Of a stretch of 59,342 bases of DNA, positions 46,887 through 57,510 are shown piece after piece (the first letter of the stretch is position 1; every line of letters starts with the position of its first letter). Source of the stretch: a virus (taxonomy: Duplodnaviria; Caudoviricetes). The notes under the pieces are model-generated. The model saw only the letters and a program-made list of their open reading frames with translations, searched no databases and was not told the DNA's origin. Location of the stretch: positions 1 to 59,342 of IMG/VR virus record IMGVR_UViG_3300030419_004548; one strand, given 5' to 3'. Both the position numbers and the translations under genes were made by a program.

Positions 46887-49800
46887 TATTCAGTCCTCTC
46901 GACTTCAAATGCTTTAAATCCTGCTATGCCTTTACCGTAAAAATCTAATTTTTTTGCATATGCCTTTGCCGCTCTGTCATTAGCTTTGTCATAACCTGCA
47001 GGTATTTCATTTAATGGTACCCAAGATTGACCAGGTCTTGGTCTTCTAAACTCACCTGATTGTATTAATTCTTTAACTCTTTTTTGTACTTTTAACTCAT
47101 CACTTATACCGCCTGGAGTAGGTGCTTCTATCATTTGATTCCAAAAGTCTTGTCTTATCTTAAATTTAACAGAATCTTTTACGCCTTCACCATAAAATGA
47201 TTGTGTTTTAACCACTTTCTTACCACTCTTAGGTCTCCACCCATTCATATCACCCATCACTCTATATAAGTATTGGCTGTTTTGTGATAATTTCTCACTT
47301 GTACTCATTCTATAACTTTGATAGGTAGACAAAATTGGTTCTACAGGAGGGTCAGGTATTGGTGTTGTTTTTTTCTTTTCAGGTACAGGGTCTACGGGTG
47401 CTTTTACAACAGGATTTATTACAGGGTCTTTAGGCTTGTCTTCGTCTTCTGTAATAGTTTCACTTTCTTTTTCGTCTTTAACCTCTTCTTCAATATCCGG
47501 TTCTATGTGTTCGATTACCGTAAGTCTTGTTCTCTGTGGTTGTTCTAAAATTCTATGTAAAATATCATCAACATAAAAGTTAGGAGAAGGGTTTTGGTCG
47601 TTTGGATTTGCTTCGACATCATTACCAATAACTTTAGTATCTTCTATCATCTGTTCAATATATTGCCCTATAGTAAAAGTTGCATCTCCTCCTACATTTC
47701 GATTGGCAACATAAAACTTTATTCCAGCTTGGGTATCCCAACTTCCGTAGTTAGCGTCATCAGTTCTTGGTGGCCCTTCTACAATATACTCTTCATACAT
47801 TTGTCCTAATGTATTTCTTATATTACCCGAGTCCATAAATGAACTACCAGCTAAGTGACCAAAAGATGCTTCATATGTTTCTATGATATTATTATATTCA
47901 GTTTCACTTAAAATATCTGTAACACCTAATGTAAATGATATAGGAGCATTGTTTTTATTTCCTTTAGGCCATACTTTAATAAGTTGTTGTTCATCATCTC
48001 CTGGTGTAGTTTTTACGGTTGCTTGACCATCTGTCCAAGATAAAACTATTTCAGCTTGTGGTGACTCTGAAATTTCATAAGGTATAAAAGGTTGTGGTGG
48101 TGGCGGGTCATCAAAATTAAAATCATCAAATTCTAATACATCTAATGTCACATCATCTGCAATATCTTCATCATCTGAAGGAACAGGGATTGAAGGTCTC
48201 GTAGGCTTGTATGCACTTACTTGGTCTCGCTGTGTACCTGCAGGGTCAGGGTCTCCGAGATTAGATGTAAAAGGAACATTATCTCCTTGGTCATATAGTG
48301 ACTTAGTATCAATTGGAGGTACTTCTTTCTTTTTATCTTCTCTTCTAAATTTGTTTATTCCAATTACTAAAGTTTTCCTGTCTTTAATTACAGAATATTT
48401 TCTTCTTTGTAAAGCAGTTATAGTTGTAGTCCAACCATCAGCACTACACGTTTGTTCTACATTCTTTACTATAAAATAAAAATAGTCTTTTATTAAATCA
48501 GGTAGATAACTTATAGTAAATGCTTCTCCTGGTAAAATGCCTGATATTCCGTCTATTGTAAACGTAAGTTCAAAATAACTTATTGTTCCATTCAATGCTT
48601 GTAAAGATTGTGATTCATCTTGATATATTAAATAATCTAAATATGCTTGATAATCAGAATGTGTACCAAATTCTAAAATTTGTGAACCTCGTTGTCCAGG
48701 TGCATTACTTGTTATCGAACCAAAAGTAGTAGTAAAACTTATCAGAGGATTACTTTTTTCAGGAGTTTGAATTAATCCTGTTACATTTCCATTTTGAAGA
48801 TTTACAGATACTTTTCTTTTTTCTGTTTCACCTGTTTCTTCATTAAAAACGTCTATTTCTGTTTCCGAAGTAGTTGTTTTAATCTTACCGGCTTTATCTA
48901 TTCTAAAAATATCAGTTAGAGTATCTCCTAATTGAGCAAATTGTGCGTTTATATTTGGATATAACTTTCTTATAAGTTCTTCATCATCTTTACTTTCATC
49001 TATCATAGACTCTAAACTACCTGCTATAACAGCCGGAGAGATTCCCATTAAAGGATACGATGTCCCTTTACCTGCTTTTACTTTTAATTCTTTAAGTGTT
49101 CTTGAATTTTTAATTCCTTGTCTATTTCCAAGTTCTTCAGCGTTAACTAAAATTGTCTGTTCTTCTCCCGCCGCTTGTATATTACGTGATACTCTTGTGC
49201 TTGAGCCTGCATTTGCATTCAATTCTAAGTATTCATCATTTTCTCCCATAGTTGCCTGTACTCCTTGAAGTTGCTCAAGAAATGCCGCAGCATCGACTGC
49301 GGGTTCTTCTGCTTCCGTTCTTAGAGTATCTCCATCATCAGTAGATGTTTCAGTACTTGGTGTATTGTCTACAGGAGATGCGGTTGTTACTTCCATTCCA
49401 AGAGATAGTTGTTTCATTCGAGCAACATACTCTGAATCTTCAAATGATACAGCACCGATAATATTACTATAATTTGTTGGTTTTACTATATCTTTATTTT
49501 GTAATAAATCCATAGCTAATTCTTCTTTTAGTCCGCCTTCATTTCCACCAAGTAAAGAATCAAAATCAAAAGTAGTGCTGGCTCCGAAAGTAGCGGCTAA
49601 TTGAACCGTAGTAGGAACTTGACTATTAAACTCTAAAGACTTTATGATAGAGTCTTTATTGAAAACATCAAACTCATAATATTCATTTGCTTTAGTAAAT
49701 CTCAAATCATATACCTGTAAAAAATTAGGTAAATGAATATTAGCACCAACTTCAAAATTAGGAAAATTATGAAAGTTTGAAGCAATTTGATTCCACATAT

Positions 49801-51769
49801 TATATAGACCTTCTCTGAGTGTCTTTACACAAGAAGCTTTATTAAACTTGATGTCTTTATCTGCGAAATAAGTATAAACTTCATCATCACCAATATCTCT
49901 ATCAAAATATTGATTTCTATCATCTCCTGAAGTTGGGAAGTAATTTCTATTAAAAAAATCAAGATTTTCTGCACCTAAAAATGCTTCTTGAACTACTTCA
50001 ATATTAACATACATATTTCTCATTAATGCAGAAACGTGTTTTGGATTTTTTATCTCATCATCTGTTTCTGTAGATGATTTAGCATCTTCACTTTTATCTA
50101 TAAATGGCAACCCATATTTATATAATGTTTGACCTAAGTTTTTTGTAAATTGTTTATATCGAAATTGAGTCCAACCTGTATCTTCTGCTTCAGGAGTGTC
50201 TGATTTAAACATTCCTGTAGGGCCACGTTGTAGTACAGAAGACATAGCGTCACTACCTATCAAGACTTGATTAAAATTTTTAGGAATTAAAAACTCGTGA
50301 GTTAACATTTTGTTACTTTTAAAAACACCTTTAGGTAAAGAATAATCAATATTTTTTGGTACATATATAGAACGTATTCCAGCAGTTATCGTTCCACTCT
50401 TTTCATTAACGACACCAAAAAGTCTTGATAATAAACCGTCTTCAATATAACGAACAGAGCAATAATAATTTATTTTATATCCCATAAAAGTTCGGTCATC
50501 TGTATCATCACTACCTTCTTCTTTTTCACCTGTTGATGAATCTACTTCATATGTTGTAGCTGTTACTTCAGCCTCACCAATATAAGTTAGAGTTATTATT
50601 AAATCTGAAGTATCTTTATGTATAGCTGTAAGATGCCACGGTTCTGTCGCATCGGCTTTTACTATGAAGCCTTTTTTCTCCAATGCTGATATTACTACTT
50701 CAAATTTATCTTTAAGATTGGTATAATTTCTCCCAACCATAGAAACATATATAAAAGATGGTGATTCAAAATCAACTTCACCTTCTACGCCTACTTGAAA
50801 TCGAGTACCTGAAAAAGTTGTAGTCAAAGCATCTTTAATATCAAAATCTTCTTGAATAATTAACTTAGCTTTTGACATCATTATAGGTGCACTTCTTTCA
50901 TCCATATTATGTTTGAACTTGTCACCGTCTAACGGATTACCATCTTTATCTACACCATCAGTAGCTATTTTAATGTTTGTTCTTGAATCAGCATATGTTG
51001 GTGAATGATACATAGAGTGACCTGTAGTTTTTAGTGAAATATTTATTTCAAATCCACCGTCTTCTTGCATTTTAGCATCATAGTTAGTAACCGTTCCTAC
51101 AAATAAATCACTATTTCCTCTTGTATTTATTGCAAACTCATCAGGATATTGTTGTACCTGTTCGAGGTCCATCGTTATTATAGGTTCGCCGTCTTGTAAC
51201 TCTACATTTAAAAAGTTTCGAGGGTATGCTTGTTGTTTATCTAATTCAAGTTTTGGATTAGTCCATCCATATTCAAGATATAAAATAGTTCCTATTCTAA
51301 CAAAATATGGTACTATTATATTGTATTGGTCTAAACTATATAAACGTAGAGTGATGTCTGCTTCTTTAATAGTATTAATAGTAGCACCTTCACCTGCATA
51401 AGCAGTTCTAATACTTGTTATACCTGGTGGTGGAACATAACCACGTTGGTCGCCTGTAGTATTCCAATACTCATTTTCAAAATTTCTACCAGCTTCAAAT
51501 TTGTCGTCTACTCCTAAAGCTGTAGATGCTAATAACCTCCCTTTTACTTCGAGTAGTGAGCCTTTTTTATTTTTATACTTAGGACTAACAAGTCTTGCAT
51601 AAGTAGTTTTAACCATCATCTCTGAAAAATTATATTCAGGGGCACCTGTTGTGGGTGAAGTCGGTGTACGTTCTCCACCGAATTGGTCATTATAATCTAA
51701 TCTATCTAAAGCTCGTTTTCTACGTTCTAATTCCGCAGTTACATTTTCGTTTAACCTTTTGCCAAACAT
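46886..51769 (-). CDS. Large baseplate hub-like tail protein
   Basis: 1627 aa; PPPGITS, LEYGW, GTVTNY, ELTFTIDGISGI.PG.AF, GWTTTI motifs of hub (gp27/gpD-like) proteins; follows the LysM-like gene. Confidence 0.65.
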   Translation of the reverse strand: MFGKRLNENVTAELERRKRALDRLDYNDQFGGERTPTSPTTGAPEYNFSEMMVKTTYARLVSPKYKNKKGSLLEVKGRLLASTALGVDDKFEAGRNFENEYWNTTGDQRGYVPPPGITSIRTAYAGEGATINTIKEADITLRLYSLDQYNIIVPYFVRIGTILYLEYGWTNPKLELDKQQAYPRNFLNVELQDGEPIITMDLEQVQQYPDEFAINTRGNSDLFVGTVTNYDAKMQEDGGFEINISLKTTGHSMYHSPTYADSRTNIKIATDGVDKDGNPLDGDKFKHNMDERSAPIMMSKAKLIIQEDFDIKDALTTTFSGTRFQVGVEGEVDFESPSFIYVSMVGRNYTNLKDKFEVVISALEKKGFIVKADATEPWHLTAIHKDTSDLIITLTYIGEAEVTATTYEVDSSTGEKEEGSDDTDDRTFMGYKINYYCSVRYIEDGLLSRLFGVVNEKSGTITAGIRSIYVPKNIDYSLPKGVFKSNKMLTHEFLIPKNFNQVLIGSDAMSSVLQRGPTGMFKSDTPEAEDTGWTQFRYKQFTKNLGQTLYKYGLPFIDKSEDAKSSTETDDEIKNPKHVSALMRNMYVNIEVVQEAFLGAENLDFFNRNYFPTSGDDRNQYFDRDIGDDEVYTYFADKDIKFNKASCVKTLREGLYNMWNQIASNFHNFPNFEVGANIHLPNFLQVYDLRFTKANEYYEFDVFNKDSIIKSLEFNSQVPTTVQLAATFGASTTFDFDSLLGGNEGGLKEELAMDLLQNKDIVKPTNYSNIIGAVSFEDSEYVARMKQLSLGMEVTTASPVDNTPSTETSTDDGDTLRTEAEEPAVDAAAFLEQLQGVQATMGENDEYLELNANAGSSTRVSRNIQAAGEEQTILVNAEELGNRQGIKNSRTLKELKVKAGKGTSYPLMGISPAVIAGSLESMIDESKDDEELIRKLYPNINAQFAQLGDTLTDIFRIDKAGKIKTTTSETEIDVFNEETGETEKRKVSVNLQNGNVTGLIQTPEKSNPLISFTTTFGSITSNAPGQRGSQILEFGTHSDYQAYLDYLIYQDESQSLQALNGTISYFELTFTIDGISGILPGEAFTISYLPDLIKDYFYFIVKNVEQTCSADGWTTTITALQRRKYSVIKDRKTLVIGINKFRREDKKKEVPPIDTKSLYDQGDNVPFTSNLGDPDPAGTQRDQVSAYKPTRPSIPVPSDDEDIADDVTLDVLEFDDFNFDDPPPPQPFIPYEISESPQAEIVLSWTDGQATVKTTPGDDEQQLIKVWPKGNKNNAPISFTLGVTDILSETEYNNIIETYEASFGHLAGSSFMDSGNIRNTLGQMYEEYIVEGPPRTDDANYGSWDTQAGIKFYVANRNVGGDATFTIGQYIEQMIEDTKVIGNDVEANPNDQNPSPNFYVDDILHRILEQPQRTRLTVIEHIEPDIEEEVKDEKESETITEDEDKPKDPVINPVVKAPVDPVPEKKKTTPIPDPPVEPILSTYQSYRMSTSEKLSQNSQYLYRVMGDMNGWRPKSGKKVVKTQSFYGEGVKDSVKFKIRQDFWNQMIEAPTPGGISDELKVQKRVKELIQSGEFRRPRPGQSWVPLNEIPAGYDKANDRAAKAYAKKLDFYGKGIAGFKAFEVERTE

Positions 51770-52068
51770 TATCTTTTCCTATTTAGGTCATTAAACTCTG
51801 ATAGTATTGGTGAAATATTTATCGGTATTCTATATGTTTTTGAAGGGTCTAATTGTATCTCTGCTCCTGAAAGATTGTTTGCTTTAGATATAATCCACCA
51901 AAGTGTTTGGTCTCCGTAATATTGGTCAGCTAATGTATCTAATCGTTGTCCGCGAGTGACTGCAATAAATTTATCTGAATCTTGTAAAGGTATCGTTGGA
52001 TAAAAAGTAGTTCCAAAAACTCTATTACCTTCTCTATCGATTATTACTTTTGTATTCTTGTATCTCAT
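51769..52068 (-). CDS. LysM/gpX-like baseplate wedge protein
   Basis: GQRLDTLADQYYGDQTLWWIISKAN...RIP. Confidence 0.85.
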   Translation of the reverse strand: MRYKNTKVIIDREGNRVFGTTFYPTIPLQDSDKFIAVTRGQRLDTLADQYYGDQTLWWIISKANNLSGAEIQLDPSKTYRIPINISPILSEFNDLNRKR

Positions 52069-52073
52069 ATTAT

Positions 52074-55000
52074 TTAATCACTTGTTGCTGCGGGATTAGG
52101 GTCTGCCGCAGGTACTTCTTCTTTTGCTTCTTTAGGAATATTGACACCAAGTGCTTCTTGCATTTTTGTAAGTTCTTTTCCGCCAGGAGATAATTCAGGT
52201 CCACCGCTCCTACTTCTGTTTACAGCATGGTCTTTATCTGATACCGTTGAACCAAGATTTCCAGGATTTGTTGTATCTATACCAAGCCAAGGTAAGTCAT
52301 AATGTTTACCAAATTTGTGTGGTAAATACTTACCTATATATCTATATGTTAAAGAACAAGTGATATGTTTTGGGAATTTAAACATATCAAATTCCCAAGT
52401 TGTATTTTCTTGTACATTAACTTGTAAAGAAGAAATATAACCCGGTGCATCATCATACATATTACCTAAAGTAAATCTTGTATAAGGTGCTATCATAAAA
52501 CCTGATGTATTATACTCCGGATAACAAAGTCCTACGAGATAATTTAATTTTTCTATTAAAAAAGGAAATTCTGTTGCTGTTTTTGGATACAAAGTAAAAT
52601 CTAAACTTATATCTCTGTCAACACCTGAGTATGTGTAATATTTATCAGGTCTTCCCAAATATTTTTGTTCATTATATTCAGGAGAAATGCTTTCATTTAA
52701 ACTATTTATCGATGCTCTAAATTGTAAATGTCGAGTCCGAGTTTTATTTGCTGAAGTTTGTTGTGTAGAGAAAGATAATTGTACCCAATCTATTAGTTCA
52801 TCTTCATCGTAATCAGAAAGTGAAAGTGCATTTACTTCATCTCCAAATTTGCCTTTCGCATTAGAATTGTCCATAATTCTTGCAATATCCATTCGAGAAA
52901 GGTCTTGAACATTGTCAAGAAGGTTCAATACCTCTCCTGTTTTTTCTTTGCTCCAAGCATTAGCTTGACCAGGACTATTTCCCGTATAAGAATTATTCTG
53001 ATTTGCTAAGTCATCTTTTATGATACTTTCGTATTCTTCGTTTTTGTCATTTGCTACGCTTTTGATTTGACCATAAGACAAATATCTATAATCCAACCCT
53101 TGTCTGTTTAATTCTTTTTCAGAAAATGTATGTGTAGTATGTAAAGTTTTATTATCAGCTCCTGTTTTTAATCTATTTTCAAGATTGGTTACATCTTCAT
53201 CAGAACCATCAGCGCTTTTATATGGGTCAAAAGGAAATTTAAGTCTAAACCAATGATTTGGATTACTTCTAATTAATGAAAATTTACTTAGTGCAGCAGC
53301 TTTACCAGCTAATGTTTTTTCTTTAATTTTCTCTGCAGCTGTAGACTCTTTATTTGATGCTTTATCTTCAGGACTTTTTACATTAGCACGCCATTTAGAT
53401 TGATATTGGTTCCTGCCGTCAGGTGTAATCTTATTATTTTCAGGTTCTTTAAGAAAACGTTGTAAGAATGAAGGCAATTTCTTTTTAAGAGCTGATATCG
53501 GGTCTGATAGTGCATCTTCATATGTTAATCCGCCTAAATGTCTTTTGATATGTATAAAATCATTACTTGCTAATGATAGTGGATTCCACATTCTTGTTTC
53601 TATAGTTCTATTCTGTAATTGTAAAAATAATTGTCCTAATCCAAAAGCAAGTCCATCTGTTGAAAGAAGCCACTTACCTTTACGTTGTACATCTGCTAAT
53701 TCTCTACCAAGTCTACCCATAATTGAATCATTAGGCGAACCTGTAGTTCTAACAAAACCGCCTACAAATTCTCCAATAAAATTACCCGAACCATCATCTG
53801 ATGAGCCCCAATGGTCATCTATCTTACGAACAATAAATGGTTGATTTTTACCTGGACTCATTTCTTGTATATAATTTGTATAAGTGTCTGCTCCTTTACG
53901 ACCTTGGTCTTTTGGTGATAAAAATTTAAATTGAGTTTTATTAGCACTTATTGCTTTGCCATCATCATCTACAGCAATAAACATACTTTTGTTTTCGTCT
54001 TTAAAATAATCGTCTGCAAATTCTTTTAATCTGTTAGGTTTTACTAATACTTCGTCATCTATGCCATCAAGACCGCCTTCTAAAATAAGACCTTCTTGAG
54101 TAATTTGTTTACCTGTGTAACTATTAGGATATTGCATAGATGTACGAGTTCCTGCAGGTATGTTTAAATTCGTGCCTTCTGAATCACGAGAAACATTTAC
54201 AACTTGGTCACGTACAAAATTTACTTCAGTAGCATCACCTGAATCAACATCAGTAGTAACAAAATTACTATCATCGATAGTCATATTTTCAATTCTACCA
54301 GCTTGTCGTCTGTAGTCTATTCCACCATATAATGATGTATCAGGTATAGCGAGTCTTGATTGAAATGTTATTGGGTCAGTAAGTGAACCTACATTTGAGA
54401 TATCAAGAAATTCAAGATTATTAAGATAATCAAAGTAATCTGTTGACCATAGATAAGAAGTAGAATTATATTGTCCGCCTTCTATAGAGTTAACAAGCAT
54501 TTTAGAAGAAACAGCAGGAACGTGAAATAGTGTAGAAGTTTGCATTTCTTTACTAAACCCTACAACGTGAGTATCAGAAAAGAAATTTACTGCATATGGC
54601 GAATTAAATGCCGGCCATTGATATGTTTGATTCGTAGAAACTTTTGGTATATAATCAAATACAGATTCTTCATCATTAATCTTTACAAATTGAGTACTTT
54701 GCATATTTGGAGTAAATCCTGTCGCAACATCATCTACTCTGCCATCACCAAAAAAGAAGTTTACACCACTTGGTGTGTCCCAAGCTGACCACTTATAAAC
54801 ATTACCACCAAAATCTTCCAATCGAGGTGTTACGGTATATGTATTTAAGTCATTATATAAAAATTTAAAATCTGATGTTCCTGGTCCATTACCTTGAAGT
54901 CCTTTATTTAAAATAAATCCATTTACAAATGGATGTTCGTCATCTTTATCAAAAAAGTTTACAGGACCTGGCCAAACACTATCGTTTGCTGTAGGAATAA

Positions 55001-55313
55001 AAGATGATTCATTTCCATCTATGAAAACAAAGTCAGTTTGTTTTTCTAATTTGTCTACTTCGAATCCCTTTGCGAATGAATCATCAAAAAAGTTAAAACC
55101 ACGATGGTCGCCTTGTAGAAAAATACTACCATTTCTAAGACCATATCCAAGTAATTGTTCTTGAACAGGTAATGGATTTTGTATAGGTCTATCAAATGAT
55201 TGTTTACCTGTTACAATCTTAGAATCTTGTGGATTTGCCTTATAAGATTGTGGCTTACCAACCTGATTATAATCAAACGATTGAATTTTATCTAATAAGT
55301 CTACTAATGCCAT
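52074..55313 (-). CDS. Baseplate/tail-tube initiator-like protein with long N-terminal extension
   Basis: C-terminal QFRASINSLNES..PEY...YLGRPD.YYTYSG..RDISLDF, LNYL, PYTRFTLG, PGYISSL; located between tape measure and LysM-like gene. Confidence 0.65.
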   Translation of the reverse strand: MALVDLLDKIQSFDYNQVGKPQSYKANPQDSKIVTGKQSFDRPIQNPLPVQEQLLGYGLRNGSIFLQGDHRGFNFFDDSFAKGFEVDKLEKQTDFVFIDGNESSFIPTANDSVWPGPVNFFDKDDEHPFVNGFILNKGLQGNGPGTSDFKFLYNDLNTYTVTPRLEDFGGNVYKWSAWDTPSGVNFFFGDGRVDDVATGFTPNMQSTQFVKINDEESVFDYIPKVSTNQTYQWPAFNSPYAVNFFSDTHVVGFSKEMQTSTLFHVPAVSSKMLVNSIEGGQYNSTSYLWSTDYFDYLNNLEFLDISNVGSLTDPITFQSRLAIPDTSLYGGIDYRRQAGRIENMTIDDSNFVTTDVDSGDATEVNFVRDQVVNVSRDSEGTNLNIPAGTRTSMQYPNSYTGKQITQEGLILEGGLDGIDDEVLVKPNRLKEFADDYFKDENKSMFIAVDDDGKAISANKTQFKFLSPKDQGRKGADTYTNYIQEMSPGKNQPFIVRKIDDHWGSSDDGSGNFIGEFVGGFVRTTGSPNDSIMGRLGRELADVQRKGKWLLSTDGLAFGLGQLFLQLQNRTIETRMWNPLSLASNDFIHIKRHLGGLTYEDALSDPISALKKKLPSFLQRFLKEPENNKITPDGRNQYQSKWRANVKSPEDKASNKESTAAEKIKEKTLAGKAAALSKFSLIRSNPNHWFRLKFPFDPYKSADGSDEDVTNLENRLKTGADNKTLHTTHTFSEKELNRQGLDYRYLSYGQIKSVANDKNEEYESIIKDDLANQNNSYTGNSPGQANAWSKEKTGEVLNLLDNVQDLSRMDIARIMDNSNAKGKFGDEVNALSLSDYDEDELIDWVQLSFSTQQTSANKTRTRHLQFRASINSLNESISPEYNEQKYLGRPDKYYTYSGVDRDISLDFTLYPKTATEFPFLIEKLNYLVGLCYPEYNTSGFMIAPYTRFTLGNMYDDAPGYISSLQVNVQENTTWEFDMFKFPKHITCSLTYRYIGKYLPHKFGKHYDLPWLGIDTTNPGNLGSTVSDKDHAVNRSRSGGPELSPGGKELTKMQEALGVNIPKEAKEEVPAADPNPAATSD

Positions 55314-57277
55314 TACATTATCTGCCTAACTGCTCTTGTTGTTTCTTCATTAGAAGATATTACTCTATTAAGTGTTTCTTTGTTATCTTTATTTCCTGAT
55401 TTCACTTCAGCAACTAATTCTTCTCTTATAACACTTACTAATTTACCCATTTCTAAGTTTATAGCATCTTGAGTTGACTTTGAAACGTTTATAGATGCGG
55501 CATCACCTAATGAAAATGTTGCGGCAGGTTCCATTGAACCAACTGATTTTCTTTCTATTGATGCGTCTTCCATTTTTGTTGCACCTAAAGCAAGTCCTCC
55601 TATTGTACCACCAACTCCTGCGCCTATAATAGCTCCTTTCGTACCCGCGCCTAAAGCCGCCCAAGTTACTCCTCCTGTAAATATTCCTAATGAACCTAAT
55701 ATAAAACCAATTGCTCCACCTAATGCTGTAGCAATACCTACGTACATTCCAATTTGTTTTAATAGTCCTTGATTTCCTTCTTCAGTTTTACTATTAAAAA
55801 TATCTTGTCCTTGTATAACTTTTTGTAATTGTTCTTGTGTCAATCCAAAAGCTTGTGTTAATGATTTAACCTGTGCCGCATTTGCTGTACTTAAATCAAA
55901 TTGACCTCCAAGTTGCATCTTAATTTCTTTTGCTAATGCAGCAGAATCTCTGTTAAATGCCGCTTCTCTTGCTTTATTTAAATTTATATTTTTACCAAAT
56001 AATAATTGTAATTCAAATTCTGAAGATATTGATGATTCTAAATCTAAAAGTGATTCTGCTAACGAATTTAATGCACTCGCTTCAATACCAAGTTTTCTCA
56101 TTTCAACCGCTGCTTTACCTATTTCTTCTGCACTCTTACCAAAGAATAAAGCTTGGTCTTTTGCGGCGTTAGCAACATCATCAAATACTTGACTTTTTAA
56201 GACTCCTTCTGATTCTGCTAATGCTTCTAAAGATGCTAAATCATCAATAGCCTTGTCAGCTGATATACCTTGTGATAATGCTTGTAATTCTACGATTGTA
56301 GCTAATGATTCTGCTGATGCTCCTGAAAGACTTGCTATCACACCAAATTGTGCTGCGCTCGTTGTAGATAACTGAGGAACTCTTCCCATAGACTCGGCTA
56401 AAGCTCTTACTGAAGCAGATGCTTTTTCAGCATCCCCACCAAATGCGGCTCCTGCTTTTGATGCTGCTTCCATATCCGCTGAAAGTGCTAAAGCACTACC
56501 TGCCGTAATACCTAATTCTTGACGAGCTTCTTTTGCCTGCATAACAAAGTCTGTTACTGCTTTTACTAATAAACCTACTGCGGCTAAAGCTATAGCAGGT
56601 CCACTCGTAAGTATAGCAGTAAAGTCTTCGGCTTTTTGTTTTAAATCATCTACCTTATCAAGAAATGGTATATTAGCGTTTAGAGCATTTGCAATACCCT
56701 CCGCATTTTTACCTGCACTTTCAAAACTATCTTTAAAGTTTTCAAATTGGTCTTCAGGTATTAAATCTTTATATTTGTCTTTTAACTCATCTACTTTACT
56801 ATTAAATTCTTCTTGAACAAAAGTCCCTTCTTCTAACTGAGATATAGCTTCTTGTCGAAGTGCTTCCATAGCATTAAAACCTTCCGCTTCTTCGTATTGT
56901 CCGGCTTTACGTGCCGCAGCTGCGGCTTTTACAAGTGATAAATCTTTTGCTTTTATACCAAGCATTTCTAATAAAGTAGATTTTGAAGAATTAGCTAGCT
57001 TATTCGCAGATTTAGCTAAATTTTGTCCTTTCTTAGAAACATCTATTCGTTTCTTTGATAATGCTATTCTTTCTTCTTCAGCTTTCTTTTGGTCAGCATC
57101 ACGTTTTTCTACGTATCTTTGATGCGCACGATATTGACGATAACTTCTTGTTTCACCTGCTTCTTTTGCTTTTAGATAATCAAGATAATTTTCATTCGCT
57201 TTTTGCCGTTTCTCGTCTAATCGAGCTTCTTCTCGTTTTGCTTCAAGCGAGGCTTTTTGTGCTTTACTTAGTGCCAT
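55313..57277 (-). CDS. Tail tape measure protein
   Basis: 654 aa, Ala-rich and helical; LLDLESSISSEFELQLLFGKNINLNKAR motif; Gly-rich hydrophobic C-terminal segments; position in module. Confidence 0.8.
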   Translation of the reverse strand: MALSKAQKASLEAKREEARLDEKRQKANENYLDYLKAKEAGETRSYRQYRAHQRYVEKRDADQKKAEEERIALSKKRIDVSKKGQNLAKSANKLANSSKSTLLEMLGIKAKDLSLVKAAAAARKAGQYEEAEGFNAMEALRQEAISQLEEGTFVQEEFNSKVDELKDKYKDLIPEDQFENFKDSFESAGKNAEGIANALNANIPFLDKVDDLKQKAEDFTAILTSGPAIALAAVGLLVKAVTDFVMQAKEARQELGITAGSALALSADMEAASKAGAAFGGDAEKASASVRALAESMGRVPQLSTTSAAQFGVIASLSGASAESLATIVELQALSQGISADKAIDDLASLEALAESEGVLKSQVFDDVANAAKDQALFFGKSAEEIGKAAVEMRKLGIEASALNSLAESLLDLESSISSEFELQLLFGKNINLNKAREAAFNRDSAALAKEIKMQLGGQFDLSTANAAQVKSLTQAFGLTQEQLQKVIQGQDIFNSKTEEGNQGLLKQIGMYVGIATALGGAIGFILGSLGIFTGGVTWAALGAGTKGAIIGAGVGGTIGGLALGATKMEDASIERKSVGSMEPAATFSLGDAASINVSKSTQDAINLEMGKLVSVIREELVAEVKSGNKDNKETLNRVISSNEETTRAVRQIM

Positions 57278-57468
57278 TAGATTCCAGCGTCAGGATATTT
57301 TTTTCTTAGATAATCTTGTAATTCTTTATTTGCGTCATTTGATTTCTTAATAGACTTAGCTAACGTAGGGTCGTCTTTCATCATTTTTTTAACTTTAGAG
57401 TCAATTCGACCTTTAGCTATCATACTAAAAAGTTTATCAATAAACCCTTCTTTAAGTTGATTTTTCAT
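57277..57468 (-). CDS. Small hypothetical protein
   Basis: ORF with GGAG upstream; TAATG coupling to the tape measure gene. Confidence 0.65.
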   Translation of the reverse strand: MKNQLKEGFIDKLFSMIAKGRIDSKVKKMMKDDPTLAKSIKKSNDANKELQDYLRKKYPDAGI

Positions 57469-57490
57469 AGAGATTCTCCGTTAAGACTCG

Positions 57491-57500
57491 TATATAAATA
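57491..57500 (-). promoter_or_regulatory. Putative promoter motif TATTTATATA
   Basis: 22 nt upstream of the ATG at 57468; heads the tape measure/baseplate genes. Confidence 0.55.
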
Positions 57501-57510
57501 TCAAGTTACC

